Part shown: positions 34,695-44,999 of the stretch, piece after piece
Numbering within the stretch: the stretch's first letter is position 1
How the letters are laid out: each line of letters opens with the position of its first letter
Made by a program: the position numbers and the translations under genes
Assembly (NCBI GenBank): GCA_041690135.1
Contig: JAWLHY010000012.1
Location: 221,428 to 285,427 of the forward strand
DNA from: Armatimonadota bacterium
GTDB lineage: Bacteria; Armatimonadota; SYMT01
Direction: 5' to 3'
Length of the DNA: 64,000 bases
The notes under the pieces: model-generated
Seen by the model: the letters and a program-made list of their open reading frames with translations, nothing else
Told to the model about the DNA's origin: nothing
The model's database searches: none

Positions 34695-35080
34695 TTCTTT
34701 ACTCCACTACTTGGGCTCCCGGCAGCCTTCCAGTGGGAGGCTGCCGGGATTGGAACGGACTGCTGGTATTGCTGGCGGCTCCTCTTCAATTCCCCCGGGT
34801 TTGGGACCAGGTGGGTTGGAGCCTTTTTGCGAAGTGCGGCGACGGCCGTCCCCCGCTTGATGGGATTGTTCCATCCGATGGGCTGTGTGTGAGCACCCTG
34901 AAAGATGGATTCGAAAACTCCTTCGGGAGGATGAGGTCCGCCGGGATACTTTCCGGCGGTGAGAGGGGCGACACGCGTAACCCGAGAGGGTAGGATGAAC
35001 AGGCGTGGGTTTCATCACGGCCCTTCGGGCGAGTAGCGCCGGCGGGAATCCGCCCGGAGGCCTTTAAGGAGAAAACAACG

Positions 35081-35944
35081 GTGAGCAAATTCCATAACTG
35101 GTTGATCGCGGCTACGTTGGTGGGTACGACAGGCGTAGCGGGATGGGTGGGGGTAGGGGGCGGATCGGTCGCCCACGCGCAGTTCGGCGCCCTGGGAGAA
35201 CGCGATCTGGAGGATAAGCCGGGTCCCGACTTCGTGGTGGTGCGGGCACGCGGGCGGGTGGAATCGATGACCGGCGCGGACCGGTTCGTGCTCTCTTCCA
35301 AAGGGATGCGCTTCCGGATCGATTACCGCCCGAAGGAGGGCCGCGTCAACTTCCGGGAGGGCGATCAGGTTCACCTCCGTGGGGCGCTCACCGAGCCGGA
35401 TCGCATCACTGCCGATGAACTGGTCGTTACCCAGCGCGGGCGGCGCGAGCGCGTCAGTCGCACCCTCACCGGCACCCTCAGCCAGGTCAACCGCAACACC
35501 CGTCGTCTGGTGGTGGATGCGGCCGGCCGCAAGGTGACGGTCGTCTACAACGATCGCACCGAGTTCTTCCGCAACACCGGCCGCGGATCGGCCACGGATT
35601 TCCGCGTGGGCGAGGCGGTGCGGATCGTGGGTACTCCGGGCGCCGATCGCGCCATCGTGGCGCGGCGGATCTACTCCGGTGGTCGGCCCGGCTTCACGCA
35701 GGGTGCCGTGGGAGAGATCGTTGGCCTCGACGCGCGGGACCAGGAGATTGACGTCGACTTCGATGGCGAGGTGTGGACCGTCCGCCTCCGCCAGGCGACC
35801 GTCCGGCGCGCCAACCGGCGTCTGGAGATCGAGGATCTCCGTCTCGGGCAGGACGTTCGCGTGAACGGAAGTGCCCGCCCGGACCGCAACGTGGATGCTT
35901 CTACCGTTGAGGTGTTGCTCGACCCCTCGCGGGACCGGGAGTGA
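35081..35944 (+). CDS. Secreted DUF5666-like protein with three OB-type modules
   Basis: AAGGAG RBS, GTG start and signal peptide; repeats FREGDQVHLRG, FRVGEAVRIVG and LRLGQDVRVNG. Confidence 0.75.
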   Translation: MSKFHNWLIAATLVGTTGVAGWVGVGGGSVAHAQFGALGERDLEDKPGPDFVVVRARGRVESMTGADRFVLSSKGMRFRIDYRPKEGRVNFREGDQVHLRGALTEPDRITADELVVTQRGRRERVSRTLTGTLSQVNRNTRRLVVDAAGRKVTVVYNDRTEFFRNTGRGSATDFRVGEAVRIVGTPGADRAIVARRIYSGGRPGFTQGAVGEIVGLDARDQEIDVDFDGEVWTVRLRQATVRRANRRLEIEDLRLGQDVRVNGSARPDRNVDASTVEVLLDPSRDRE

Positions 35945-36103
35945 TCCTCCCGCGAACGATCCGGAAATCCGAATCGATAAGAGAAAGAAACCCTTTCGGA
36001 ACTCTTTAGACCGTCGAATGAGGCTCTTGGACCTGTCTCGCCCGCAGTCTCGGCGGATGCGCCGTGCTCCCTCCGCCGGGTGAGGCAGGGTCCGAGAACC
36101 ATC

Positions 36104-36541
36104 ATGATCATCATTCGCGATAAAGATTCCGGAACTCAGATCTGGCGCGGACCGCTTACCACGCTGGCCGGCGCCAACCTCCGCCGCGTGCGCCTTCGCT
36201 ATGCGTCTCTCCCCAAGGCGAACCTGCGCCGGACGGATCTCAACGGCGCCAACCTCTGGGGCGCGGATCTGAACGGAGCGGACCTGCGAGAGGCGAACCT
36301 GCAGGGTGGTGTTCTCTGGGGAGCCGATCTACAGGGAGCGGATCTCCGGTGCGCCAATCTGGAAGGGGCCTTGCTCTGTCGCGCCAACCTGGAGGGGGCC
36401 TGTCTCGATGGCGCCAATCTAAAGGGCGCCAAGTACGATACATCCACGCGCTGGCCCTCCGGCTTCGATCCGGGCCTGGAGCGAGCCGTGGAGATTGAAG
36501 CCTCCGATCCCCGGAAGGCGCAGCTCCTCGCCACCGGTTGA
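36104..36541 (+). CDS. Pentapeptide-repeat protein
   Basis: A(D/N)Lxx repeats; C-terminal cap AKYDTSTRWPSGFDP. Confidence 0.85.
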   Translation: MIIIRDKDSGTQIWRGPLTTLAGANLRRVRLRYASLPKANLRRTDLNGANLWGADLNGADLREANLQGGVLWGADLQGADLRCANLEGALLCRANLEGACLDGANLKGAKYDTSTRWPSGFDPGLERAVEIEASDPRKAQLLATG

Positions 36542-36643
36542 CCCGCAAGAGCCCCCAGGTCGAGATGCAAGGCAGATCGGGACAGGAGTCGGCGAAGGGT
36601 TCCGCTAACGGACAGGTACCGCTGTCCATCCGGAGGAACCTGA

Positions 36644-38560
36644 ATGAACCGCCCTACTGCCTACGGTAATCCGTTCACCTCACCGCTGCGTTGGAGCGTT
36701 GCGCTGCTGCTTGTTGCCACCTTCCCGCTGCACTCGGCGGGTCGCGCCGCCCCGTCGTCGAACACCGCGAGTAACTCGCCCGCTCCGCTCCGTGTCATCA
36801 CCCTGGGCGACTCGATCACGCGCGGGGTGCGGCCGGGAGTGAGCTCCGAGGAGACCTTCGCCCACCTCCTGGGCGAGGAGTTGCGGAAGCGCGGCCACAC
36901 GGTCGAGGTGGTGAATGCCGGCATCGGCGGTGAGCGGACGGACCAGGCCCTGGCGCGGCTGGAGCCGGCCGTGGTGGCGCGGTCGCCCCGGCTGGTCACG
37001 GTGATGTACGGGACCAACGATAGCTATGTCGACGCGGGCAAGCGGGAGAGTCGGATTTCGCTGGAAGCCTACCGCGAGAACCTCCGGCGCATCGTGGCGG
37101 CGCTCCGGCACAAGGGCATCGAGCCGCTGCTGATGACGGAGCCGCGCTGGGCGGCGGATGCCCGCCCCAACGGCCTGGGCGAGAACCCCAACGTGCGCCT
37201 GGAGCCGTATGTCGCCGCCTGTCGCGAAACGGCCCGCGAGCTGGGCGTACTCTGTGTGGATCACTACGCCCGCTGGACGGAAGCCGAGCGCGCGGGCGTG
37301 AACCTGCGCGAGTGGACCACCGATGGCTGCCATCCCAACGCGCGCGGGCACCGCGAGCTCGCCCAGTCGCTCCTGCCGGTCGTGCTCCGCAGCCTGGAGC
37401 CGACACCCGTGCCCATCGTGCCGTTCGAGGTCCGGGTGGAGACGGTGCAGGAGCACGACGACCGGAAGTTCCTCTGGTACCACCCCCGCGCCGCGGCGCT
37501 TCCGGGCCTCCGGAAGGGGGACCGTCCCCGTGCGGTGATGACCCTGCAAAAGCACCTGCACACCTCCGACCACTACTCCGGCCTTAGCGTGATGCACTCG
37601 CGGGACGGCGGCAAGAGCTGGTCGAAACCGGACCCGCGGCCCGAACTGGACTGGCAGGAAGGTGGTCCGGGCGTGTCGGTGGCGGTGGCCGATGTTACTC
37701 CCGGCTGGCATGCTCCCACCGGAAAGCTCCTGGCGATCGGCGCGCAGGTCCGGTACAGCCGGGCGGGCGAGCAGCTCGAAGACCAGCCTCGAGCTCACCA
37801 GACGGCCTACGCGGTCCACGACCCGAAGTCGGGGACCTGGTCGACCTGGAAGCGGCTGGAGATGCCGGACGATCCCCGGTTCAACTTTGCTCGCAGCGCC
37901 TGCGCCCAGTGGGTGGTCCAGCCCGACGGGACGCTTCTCATCCCCTTCTACATCGGCCGGAATGCGAAAGAGCCCTACAGCACCGCGGTCGTCCAGTGCC
38001 GTTTCGACGGGAAGGAGCTGAAGTACGTCCGGCACGGCAACGTGCTCTCACTTCCCGTGGCGCGCGGTCTTTACGAGCCTTCGCTCGTGCGGGCGCAGGG
38101 CCGCTACTTTCTCACCATCCGCAACGATCACAAGGGCTACGTCACCCGCAGCCGGGATGGTCTCACCTACGAGCCGGTCCGCCCCTGGACCTTCGACGAC
38201 GGCGCCGATCTGGGCAGCTACAACACCCAGCAGCACTGGCTGGCGCACAGCGATGGGCTGTTCCTGGTCTACACCCGCCGTGGGGCGAACAACGACCACA
38301 TCATCCGCCACCGGGCGCCCCTCTTCATTGCCCAGGTCGATCCCGAGCGTCTCTGCGTGCTGCGGAAGACGGAGCGGGTCCTCATCCCGGAACGCGGCGG
38401 TGAGTTCGGGAATTTCGGCGCCAACCCGTTCGACCGCGGCGAGTCCTGGGTTACCGTGGCCGAAGGCGTCTGGAGCGACGACGCCCGCAAGCGCGGCGCC
38501 AAAGGCGCCCTGTTCCTCGCCCGCGTCCTCTGGGGTCAGCCCAATCGCGATGCGCAATAG
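36644..38560 (+). CDS. Secreted SGNH/GDSL esterase fused to a sialidase-like BNR domain
   Basis: GDSITRG, GTND and DGCHPN blocks, then SRDGGKSW / SRDGLTY Asp boxes. Confidence 0.85.
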   Translation: MNRPTAYGNPFTSPLRWSVALLLVATFPLHSAGRAAPSSNTASNSPAPLRVITLGDSITRGVRPGVSSEETFAHLLGEELRKRGHTVEVVNAGIGGERTDQALARLEPAVVARSPRLVTVMYGTNDSYVDAGKRESRISLEAYRENLRRIVAALRHKGIEPLLMTEPRWAADARPNGLGENPNVRLEPYVAACRETARELGVLCVDHYARWTEAERAGVNLREWTTDGCHPNARGHRELAQSLLPVVLRSLEPTPVPIVPFEVRVETVQEHDDRKFLWYHPRAAALPGLRKGDRPRAVMTLQKHLHTSDHYSGLSVMHSRDGGKSWSKPDPRPELDWQEGGPGVSVAVADVTPGWHAPTGKLLAIGAQVRYSRAGEQLEDQPRAHQTAYAVHDPKSGTWSTWKRLEMPDDPRFNFARSACAQWVVQPDGTLLIPFYIGRNAKEPYSTAVVQCRFDGKELKYVRHGNVLSLPVARGLYEPSLVRAQGRYFLTIRNDHKGYVTRSRDGLTYEPVRPWTFDDGADLGSYNTQQHWLAHSDGLFLVYTRRGANNDHIIRHRAPLFIAQVDPERLCVLRKTERVLIPERGGEFGNFGANPFDRGESWVTVAEGVWSDDARKRGAKGALFLARVLWGQPNRDAQ

Positions 38561-38606
38561 CGAGGAGGGGTAGAACGGGCTGTTGGATACCCGCGGGATA
38601 ACTCTG

Positions 38607-39233
38607 ATGGAAGATCGAGTCGAGGAACTGATTGCCGGTCTGGACCGAGAGGCCCTCGCCGCCCTGGTCGCCGGGGTCGCGCACCGGCACCCGGAAGTAG
38701 TCCCCACCCTGGCCGCCTTGCGCAGGTCCCTTTCGGGTTTGGGCGCGTCGAGCCCGTCACTCCCGCCCATAGAGCTGGCCCGGGTCCGGGCCACGCTCCG
38801 AGAGTCGCTCCGGGCCGGGCACTCCCGCGGCTACTATGGCGGCATCAGCGGCCCCACCGTAATGGCCGTGGCGACGCCGCTGATGGAGGAGGCCACGGCG
38901 TACCTGGCGGCGGAGCGCGGTCCGGAGGTGCTCGAGCTGCTGGCGGTGCTGGCGGATGAGTTGGCGGAAGTCAGCGAAGCGGTCTATGAGGAAGAAGGGG
39001 AGCTCTACGAGTTCGCCGAGGAGTTCGCCCGCCTCCTGGCGGAAGCCTTGTTGACCTCCCCCCTTACCGATGCCGAGCGGCGGGCGTGGTACGAGCGCAT
39101 GGCCGAGTGGGGCGATGCCGGAAGTGCATGTCTGGAACCGGATCTCCTTCGTCCCGCGCTTCTCGCGGCCCGGCATGGGCGCGCACCCGTTTTCGCACAG
39201 GGCTCTCAATCCTCATCCTCATCCTCATCCTAA
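38607..39233 (+). CDS. Hypothetical helical protein, possibly a truncated SWIM-associated domain
   Basis: GC3-rich ORF whose end runs into a (TCATCC)n repeat, giving poly-Ser. Confidence 0.5.
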   Translation: MEDRVEELIAGLDREALAALVAGVAHRHPEVVPTLAALRRSLSGLGASSPSLPPIELARVRATLRESLRAGHSRGYYGGISGPTVMAVATPLMEEATAYLAAERGPEVLELLAVLADELAEVSEAVYEEEGELYEFAEEFARLLAEALLTSPLTDAERRAWYERMAEWGDAGSACLEPDLLRPALLAARHGRAPVFAQGSQSSSSSSS

Positions 39234-39655
39234 TCCACAGAGTAGAGGTAGGCGGCGATGTCCCGGGCGTCCTGATCCGTGACGGGGAGGTCCGGCATCG
39301 CCGTGCCGGGGGCGAAACGGGGCGCCTCCTGGATCCACCACACCAGGTGGTGCGGCACGTTCGGAAGCTGGCCGGCGATGTAAGCCTGCCGGCTGAATTC
39401 CCGGAGCTGGGGGCCCACCCTACCCTGCGCCGTGCGGATGCCGGGGATCACGTGGCAGGAGCCGCAGCTGTACCGTTCGACAGCCACCCTCCCGCGCTCG
39501 GCGCTTCCGCCCGGTACCGGCCACTCGGGGTCGTGGGGTACCTGGCGGAAGCCCCGGATCGCCAGCGACCCCAGGATGACGACCAGCAGCAGGATGCCCA
39601 GGCCGTAAAGCACGACGGTGAGTGGGACGGCGCAGCGCCGCGTCTTGTGTTTCAT
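39230..39655 (-). CDS. Membrane-anchored c-type cytochrome
   Basis: CGSCH heme motif, VGPQL and PGTAMP; ATGA overlap with the upstream gene. Confidence 0.9.
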   Translation of the reverse strand: MKHKTRRCAVPLTVVLYGLGILLLVVILGSLAIRGFRQVPHDPEWPVPGGSAERGRVAVERYSCGSCHVIPGIRTAQGRVGPQLREFSRQAYIAGQLPNVPHHLVWWIQEAPRFAPGTAMPDLPVTDQDARDIAAYLYSVD

Positions 39656-40632
39656 CTGGCCGGCTCCCGCAGCCAGGCGGAGAAGAGCACGGCCGCCGCT
39701 ATTGCGTAAACCACGCAGCCCGGCATCCACATCAGGTAGCCAGCAAGCTGCTGGTCCTCCAGCGCAGTGAGCCGCCAGAACGGCGCGGTGGCCTCGTAAT
39801 CCACGTACCACACCCGGGGCGAGAGCGCCAGGAACACGCCGAGCGCGCCGGCGTGCAGGGAGGTGGTGAACAGGTAGAGCACCCCCAGGCCGCGGCTCAG
39901 TCGCAGCCGGCAGAGCGGGTCAAATAGCACCCGCCAGAAGAGGAACGCCGTGCCCAGGAACGCCAGGTGTTGGAAGTCGTGGACCCACCGGATCCGGAGT
40001 GCCGCCTGGTAGAGCGGCGGCACGTGCCAGATCCAGAGCGCCACGGCAAAGAGGGTCCACAGTACCACCGGCTGCCACAGGAGGTACCAGGGCGAGTTCC
40101 AGGTCTCCACCTTGCGGAACCACGGGATCAGCGCCCGCCGGGTTTGCGCCGGCAGCGCCCACAGCAGCACGAAGCCGGGAGCCCCCAGCACCAACAGCGG
40201 CGCCGCCACCATCATCAGGACCATGTGCTGGACCATGTGCATGGACGAGAGTTCCGCGCTGATGGCATCCACCGGTGAGACCAGCGCCACAAACAGGGCG
40301 AGGAGACCGGCCCCATAGGCACCCGCCCGCGCGTGAGAAATGCCCCTCCCATCTCCGCCCCGCTCCCACAGTGCCAGGAGCCCCCGCGCGTAGAGCCCGC
40401 TTCCCAGGGCCAGGCACCCCAACAACAGCGGGTCCCAGTTCCAGGCCGTCCACCCCGCTCCCGGCCCCACCCCCTCCCCCCCATGTGCCCAAGCTTCCCG
40501 CGCAGAGAACATCGTCAGGGCTACTGCCACCCTGCGAAGTAACCTCTGGCTAGGGGCGCGCCTGGAGGACCCCTTTCCGAGCCGGATTGCAGGAGACCGG
40601 GTCAGGCTGTGAGTTCGGACCACGCGGCTCAC
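39652..40632 (-). CDS. ctaG: Caa3-type oxidase assembly factor (CtaG-like)
   Basis: SMHMVQHMVLMMVAAPLL, WIWHVP and LEDQQLAGYLMW motifs. Start uncertain. Confidence 0.85.
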   Translation of the reverse strand: MSRVVRTHSLTRSPAIRLGKGSSRRAPSQRLLRRVAVALTMFSAREAWAHGGEGVGPGAGWTAWNWDPLLLGCLALGSGLYARGLLALWERGGDGRGISHARAGAYGAGLLALFVALVSPVDAISAELSSMHMVQHMVLMMVAAPLLVLGAPGFVLLWALPAQTRRALIPWFRKVETWNSPWYLLWQPVVLWTLFAVALWIWHVPPLYQAALRIRWVHDFQHLAFLGTAFLFWRVLFDPLCRLRLSRGLGVLYLFTTSLHAGALGVFLALSPRVWYVDYEATAPFWRLTALEDQQLAGYLMWMPGCVVYAIAAAVLFSAWLREPAR

Positions 40633-40704
40633 CAGAAGGCATCCCCTTTCCGCTTACTTTGCGCCTTTGCGTCTTTGCGAGAGATTCTTCGGGTTCCCGA
40701 GGGG

Positions 40705-41109
40705 TTAGCAGTGCCGCAGGAAGTACAGCACGGGCACCGCCTCGAACAGGATGATGAACAGGAACAACCCGTTGGTGATGACCCCGAACCGAGCCGCGAA
40801 CGGGGCTGGCCGGTCGGGCTCCAGGGCCGCCTCCTCACCCGCGCCGGCCTGTTCCAGCCGCCGCTCCATCCGGACCGAGGCCCACAGCGCCGCGGCTGTT
40901 ACCACCGCCGTGATGAGCGTTACCGCCAGGACCAGCCAGGCGACGAGGTGCAGGCCCCGGAAGTAGATGTGTCCCCACCCGGCGACGCAGCCGAACTCCC
41001 CCAGGGCGTAGGCGGCGAGCAGGTGGACCGCCCACGCGATCGCCCCACCCAGCAGCACGAACCAGATCAGGCCCGGCGCCACTTCCACCTCCGCCGTTCG
41101 TTCCTGCAT
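40705..41109 (-). CDS. Small three-TM membrane protein of the oxidase operon
   Basis: ATG at 41109 with GGGAGAGG RBS; WAVHLLAAY...C motif; ends in a C-terminal Cys. Confidence 0.7.
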   Translation of the reverse strand: MQERTAEVEVAPGLIWFVLLGGAIAWAVHLLAAYALGEFGCVAGWGHIYFRGLHLVAWLVLAVTLITAVVTAAALWASVRMERRLEQAGAGEEAALEPDRPAPFAARFGVITNGLFLFIILFEAVPVLYFLRHC

Positions 41110-41466
41110 AACGATGCCTCTCCCGTCTTTCGTGATCGTGATTGTGACCTCAATCGTGATCGGATCCTGCCGGGCGGAACGCCCGCCCCACTCCAGCCAC
41201 CCCTCCACCCCTCCACCACCCTGATGCGTGGTGCCAGGCGAGGCGAGGGTGGTACATGGCTCCGCAGTTGGCTGGCTCCAGTTGCTGCGGTGGCTACGGT
41301 CTTGCACGCACTCATCGCATGCAAGGCAGGGCAACCAGAGCCGATGCCCCTACAGATCGGTTCTTCCTAACGAGTGCTGATCGCAGGACCCACGCCCCCT
41401 CACCTCTCCACCACTCCCCAACCCCCGGCCCCCGACCCCCGGCTCCCAACCCCCGGCTCCCAACCC

Positions 41467-43998
41467 CTACCAGTAGGTCGACACATACAACACCCCGTAC
41501 ACCCCAACGGCCAGGGCGGCGGTGAAGTACCAGAACATGCCGGTGATCTCCACCTGGATCGGGGCAAACCCCTTTTCCTCGCGGCGCTCCTTCCAGATGC
41601 GCAGGATCGCGCTCGCGTTCATCGTTACGCCCACAGCCACCACCAGGATGAAGAGCACGCTGATTACCCAGAACAACGTGGCATAGGCGTTGACACTCGG
41701 CCCGTACCCGAGTTGGAGCAGCGAGTAAACCTGCAGGCCGATGAAGAGCAGGCCCAGGCCCAGGCTGGCGGCTAAAGCCAGGGTGGTTCGCCAGAGGCGC
41801 CGGTGGCGGAAGCAGCGCCCGGCCAGGAACTGCGGCGCCGCCCCGGCCACCGCGAAGCCGTGGGCGAGGGCGGGCAGCAGCAGGTCGGGTCGCGGCAGGC
41901 TGCCCTGGGGCCAGGTCTCCGAGTAGAGCCGGATGTAATAGTACGAGTAGACCAGGTTTCCGAACGCCACCCCAATCACGGTCAACAGACCGATCATGGC
42001 CCACCAGACGAGGGAGGTCGGGCCGGTGGTGAAGATCGGCAGTCCGAACTTCTCATCCAGCTTGCTCTCTCGCCACTTCCGGAGATCGTCTTCGCTGGTC
42101 CAGGTCCAGATGAGGATGGCGACAATCATGACGCCCGTCCCGAACCACGACAGCAGGTTGAGCTTCACGATGAGCCCGATGGAGATCATCCAGAGGCCGA
42201 GGGCGCCGAAGAAGGGGGCATAGGCGGGGCCGGAAACCGGGTGGATCGCTTCCGGCTCGCCGGTGAGGATATTGGTTCCCAGGGTAGCCCGCCAGCCGAG
42301 CGGCGCGTAGTCCAGGGCCTGGCGGGCGCGGACCTGTAACTCGTTGCCCTGGTCGAAGGACGTCTGTTCCCACGTCGGGTGTCGGGAGTGGACGATCATG
42401 GGGCTGTTCACGTTGGCCTGGGGCGCGGGCGACTCCAGCGCCCATTCCAGGGTGTCTCCGCCCCATGGGTCCGCCGGAGCCTGCTTTCCGTATTTCAGGC
42501 TGAGCAGGAAGTCGACCACGAACACGAGGATCCCCAGGCCCAGCAGGTACGAGCCGGCCGTGGCCAGCAGGTTGAGATGGCCGACCCCGAGGCTTTCGGG
42601 ATAGGTGTACACGCGTCGGGGAAGCCCTTCGAATCCCATGTTGTGCATGGGGAAAAAGGTGAGATTGAAGCCCAGGAATGCCAGCCAGAAGCTCCACTTC
42701 CCCAGGCGTTCGTTCAGCATCCGCCCGGTGATCTTCGGCAGCCAGTAGTACAGGCCGCCCAGGATCGGGAAGACGACGCCCCCAATCAGCACGTAGTGGA
42801 AGTGCGCCACCAGGAAATACGTGTCGTGGACCTGCAGGTCGAACGGCACGATGGCCACCATCACCCCGGTCATCCCGCCGAGCACGAAGATGAAGAAGAA
42901 GCCGACCACGAAGAGGAGTGGCGTGCTGAACGCCGGGCGGCGGCCCCAGAGGGTGGCGATCCAGGAAAAGATCTGGATGCCGCTGGCGATCGCGATGGTG
43001 AGACTGGCTGCCGTGAAGAACGTCAGCGAGAGCCACGGGATGCCCGTGGTGAACATGTGATGGACCCACAGCCCGAAGCTGACGAAGCCGGTCAGCATGA
43101 TGGCCGTTACCACCAGCGTGTAGCCCACGATGGGGCGCCGTGCGAAGGCGGGAATGATGGATGAGACGATCCCCGTGGCGGGGATGAACATGATGTAGAC
43201 TTCGGGGTGCCCGAAGAACCAGAACAGGTGCTGCCACAGGAGCGGGCTGCCCCCATGTTCCGGATCGAAGAAGCGGGTACCGAAGCCGCGGTCCAGCTCC
43301 AGCATCAGGCTTGCCGTGAGGAGCGTGGTAAAGGCGAAGACCATCATCAGCGAGGTCACCAGCCACGCCCAGCAGAAGATCGGCATGCGCCCCAGGGTCA
43401 TGCCGGGGGCCCGCAGCTTCAGGATGCTCACGGCGATCTCGATCCCGGCCGCGATGCCCCCGAACTCCACGAACCCCAGGCCGATGAGCCAGAAGTCCAT
43501 CCCCAGGTCGGAGTACTTCTCGCCGGAAAGCGGCGGATAGGCAAACCAGCCGGCCTGGGGAATCGTCCCCACCAGGAAGCTGAGGAAGAAGGTGATGCCG
43601 CCCAGCAGAAAGGTCCAGAAGCTGAAAACGCTCACCCGGGGGTACGCCAGGTCCCGCGTGCCGAGCATGCTGGGGACCACACTGACGGCGAGCCCCTCCA
43701 GCAGCGGGATGATGAACAGGAACATCATCGTCGTACCGTGCATGGTGAAGAGCCCGTTGTAGACCTCCGGCCCGAGGAAGTTGTTCTCCGGTACCGCCAG
43801 TTGGGTCCGCATCAGCAAGGCCATCACCCCGCCCAGCAGGAAGAAGATAAACCCCAGGAGCATGAAACGGGAGCCGATGTTGTTGTTGCTGACGGAAGAC
43901 AGCCATCCCGCCAGTCCCACCGGCGGCTCCCACGTGTCGCGGAACTCCTTCTTCACCTCCTCGGGAATCTCACGGGCGTGTTGGGTTTCGGCCGTCAC
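41467..43998 (-). CDS. ctaD: Cytochrome c oxidase subunit I fused to a subunit-III-like domain
   Basis: TMHGTTM, WFFGHPEVY (A1 type), WVHHMF and VAHFHYV motifs; extra C-terminal TM block; GTGA overlap with subunit II. Confidence 0.93.
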   Translation of the reverse strand: MTAETQHAREIPEEVKKEFRDTWEPPVGLAGWLSSVSNNNIGSRFMLLGFIFFLLGGVMALLMRTQLAVPENNFLGPEVYNGLFTMHGTTMMFLFIIPLLEGLAVSVVPSMLGTRDLAYPRVSVFSFWTFLLGGITFFLSFLVGTIPQAGWFAYPPLSGEKYSDLGMDFWLIGLGFVEFGGIAAGIEIAVSILKLRAPGMTLGRMPIFCWAWLVTSLMMVFAFTTLLTASLMLELDRGFGTRFFDPEHGGSPLLWQHLFWFFGHPEVYIMFIPATGIVSSIIPAFARRPIVGYTLVVTAIMLTGFVSFGLWVHHMFTTGIPWLSLTFFTAASLTIAIASGIQIFSWIATLWGRRPAFSTPLLFVVGFFFIFVLGGMTGVMVAIVPFDLQVHDTYFLVAHFHYVLIGGVVFPILGGLYYWLPKITGRMLNERLGKWSFWLAFLGFNLTFFPMHNMGFEGLPRRVYTYPESLGVGHLNLLATAGSYLLGLGILVFVVDFLLSLKYGKQAPADPWGGDTLEWALESPAPQANVNSPMIVHSRHPTWEQTSFDQGNELQVRARQALDYAPLGWRATLGTNILTGEPEAIHPVSGPAYAPFFGALGLWMISIGLIVKLNLLSWFGTGVMIVAILIWTWTSEDDLRKWRESKLDEKFGLPIFTTGPTSLVWWAMIGLLTVIGVAFGNLVYSYYYIRLYSETWPQGSLPRPDLLLPALAHGFAVAGAAPQFLAGRCFRHRRLWRTTLALAASLGLGLLFIGLQVYSLLQLGYGPSVNAYATLFWVISVLFILVVAVGVTMNASAILRIWKERREEKGFAPIQVEITGMFWYFTAALAVGVYGVLYVSTYW

Positions 43999-44999
43999 TT
44001 CAAGCTCTCCAGGTAGGCGGCCATGGCGTGCAGGTCCTCCGGGGCGACGTACACGCGCGGCATCAGGTTGCCGGGCTTGATCGCCTGCGGGTTGGAGATC
44101 CAGCCCTGCAGGTTGCCGTAGTTGTTGGGAATCGTCCCGGCGCCCAGCGAGAGCCGCCCGCCGAGGTGGGTGAGGTCCGGGCCGCGTTTTCCCTGCGCGC
44201 GCGTGCCCCGGATGGTGTGGCAGGTATCGCAGCCGGCCCGGAAGAATGCCTGTCGCCCCTGCCGCAGTTGGGAAGTGGCGGGCTCCGGATGGGGACGGCG
44301 GGCATCGGCCGCCCATGCCTCGAACTGTTCGGGAGGCAGGGCCACTACCCAGAAGGCCATTTTCGCGTGCTGAGTCCCGCAGAACTCCGCGCATTGGCCC
44401 CGGTAGGTCCCGGGCCGGTCGGCCGCGATCCAGAAGTGGTTCTCATTCCCCGGAACCATGTCCATCTTGCCGTTGAGCCGCGGGACCCAGAAGCTGTGGA
44501 TCACGTCCCCCGAGGTCAGCTCCAGCCGCACCGGTTGCCCGGTGGGGATCTGAATCTCGTTGGCCAGGGTGATGCCCAGCTCCGGGTAGTGGACCTCCCA
44601 CCAGTACTGGTGCCCAATCACCCGTACCGTTAGTTTCGTCTCCGGCTGGGTGAGAGCGACCGTTGTGTTCAGGGCGGCTACCAGGAGGATGAACAGGATG
44701 GCGGCGGGGATGACGATTCCGCTGATCACCACGAAGCGGGTCGTGGTGAAGAACGAGGAGTCGCCCCCGTCGCGCGGCCGGAGGAAGAGCGCGCCCCCCA
44801 GCAGCGCCAGGGTGATCAGGAAGATCAGCCCCAGCAGGATGACCAGGAACCAGGTGAGCCCCGTGACTTTCTCCGCCGCGTCGCTGGCGGGGACCAGCAT
44901 CGACTGCGGCGGCGTCCCTCCGCAGCCCGCCACCCCAATCGCGATCAGGAAAATCAGTAACCCAAAAAGCCCAAGGTCGGATCGTTTAACGTTGAACAT
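43995..44999 (-). CDS. ctaC: Cytochrome c oxidase subunit II with fused cytochrome c (caa3)
   Basis: Lipobox VAGC; CuA ligands DVIHSF and CAEFCGTQHAKM; heme motif CDTCH. Confidence 0.93.
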   Translation of the reverse strand: MFNVKRSDLGLFGLLIFLIAIGVAGCGGTPPQSMLVPASDAAEKVTGLTWFLVILLGLIFLITLALLGGALFLRPRDGGDSSFFTTTRFVVISGIVIPAAILFILLVAALNTTVALTQPETKLTVRVIGHQYWWEVHYPELGITLANEIQIPTGQPVRLELTSGDVIHSFWVPRLNGKMDMVPGNENHFWIAADRPGTYRGQCAEFCGTQHAKMAFWVVALPPEQFEAWAADARRPHPEPATSQLRQGRQAFFRAGCDTCHTIRGTRAQGKRGPDLTHLGGRLSLGAGTIPNNYGNLQGWISNPQAIKPGNLMPRVYVAPEDLHAMAAYLESLK

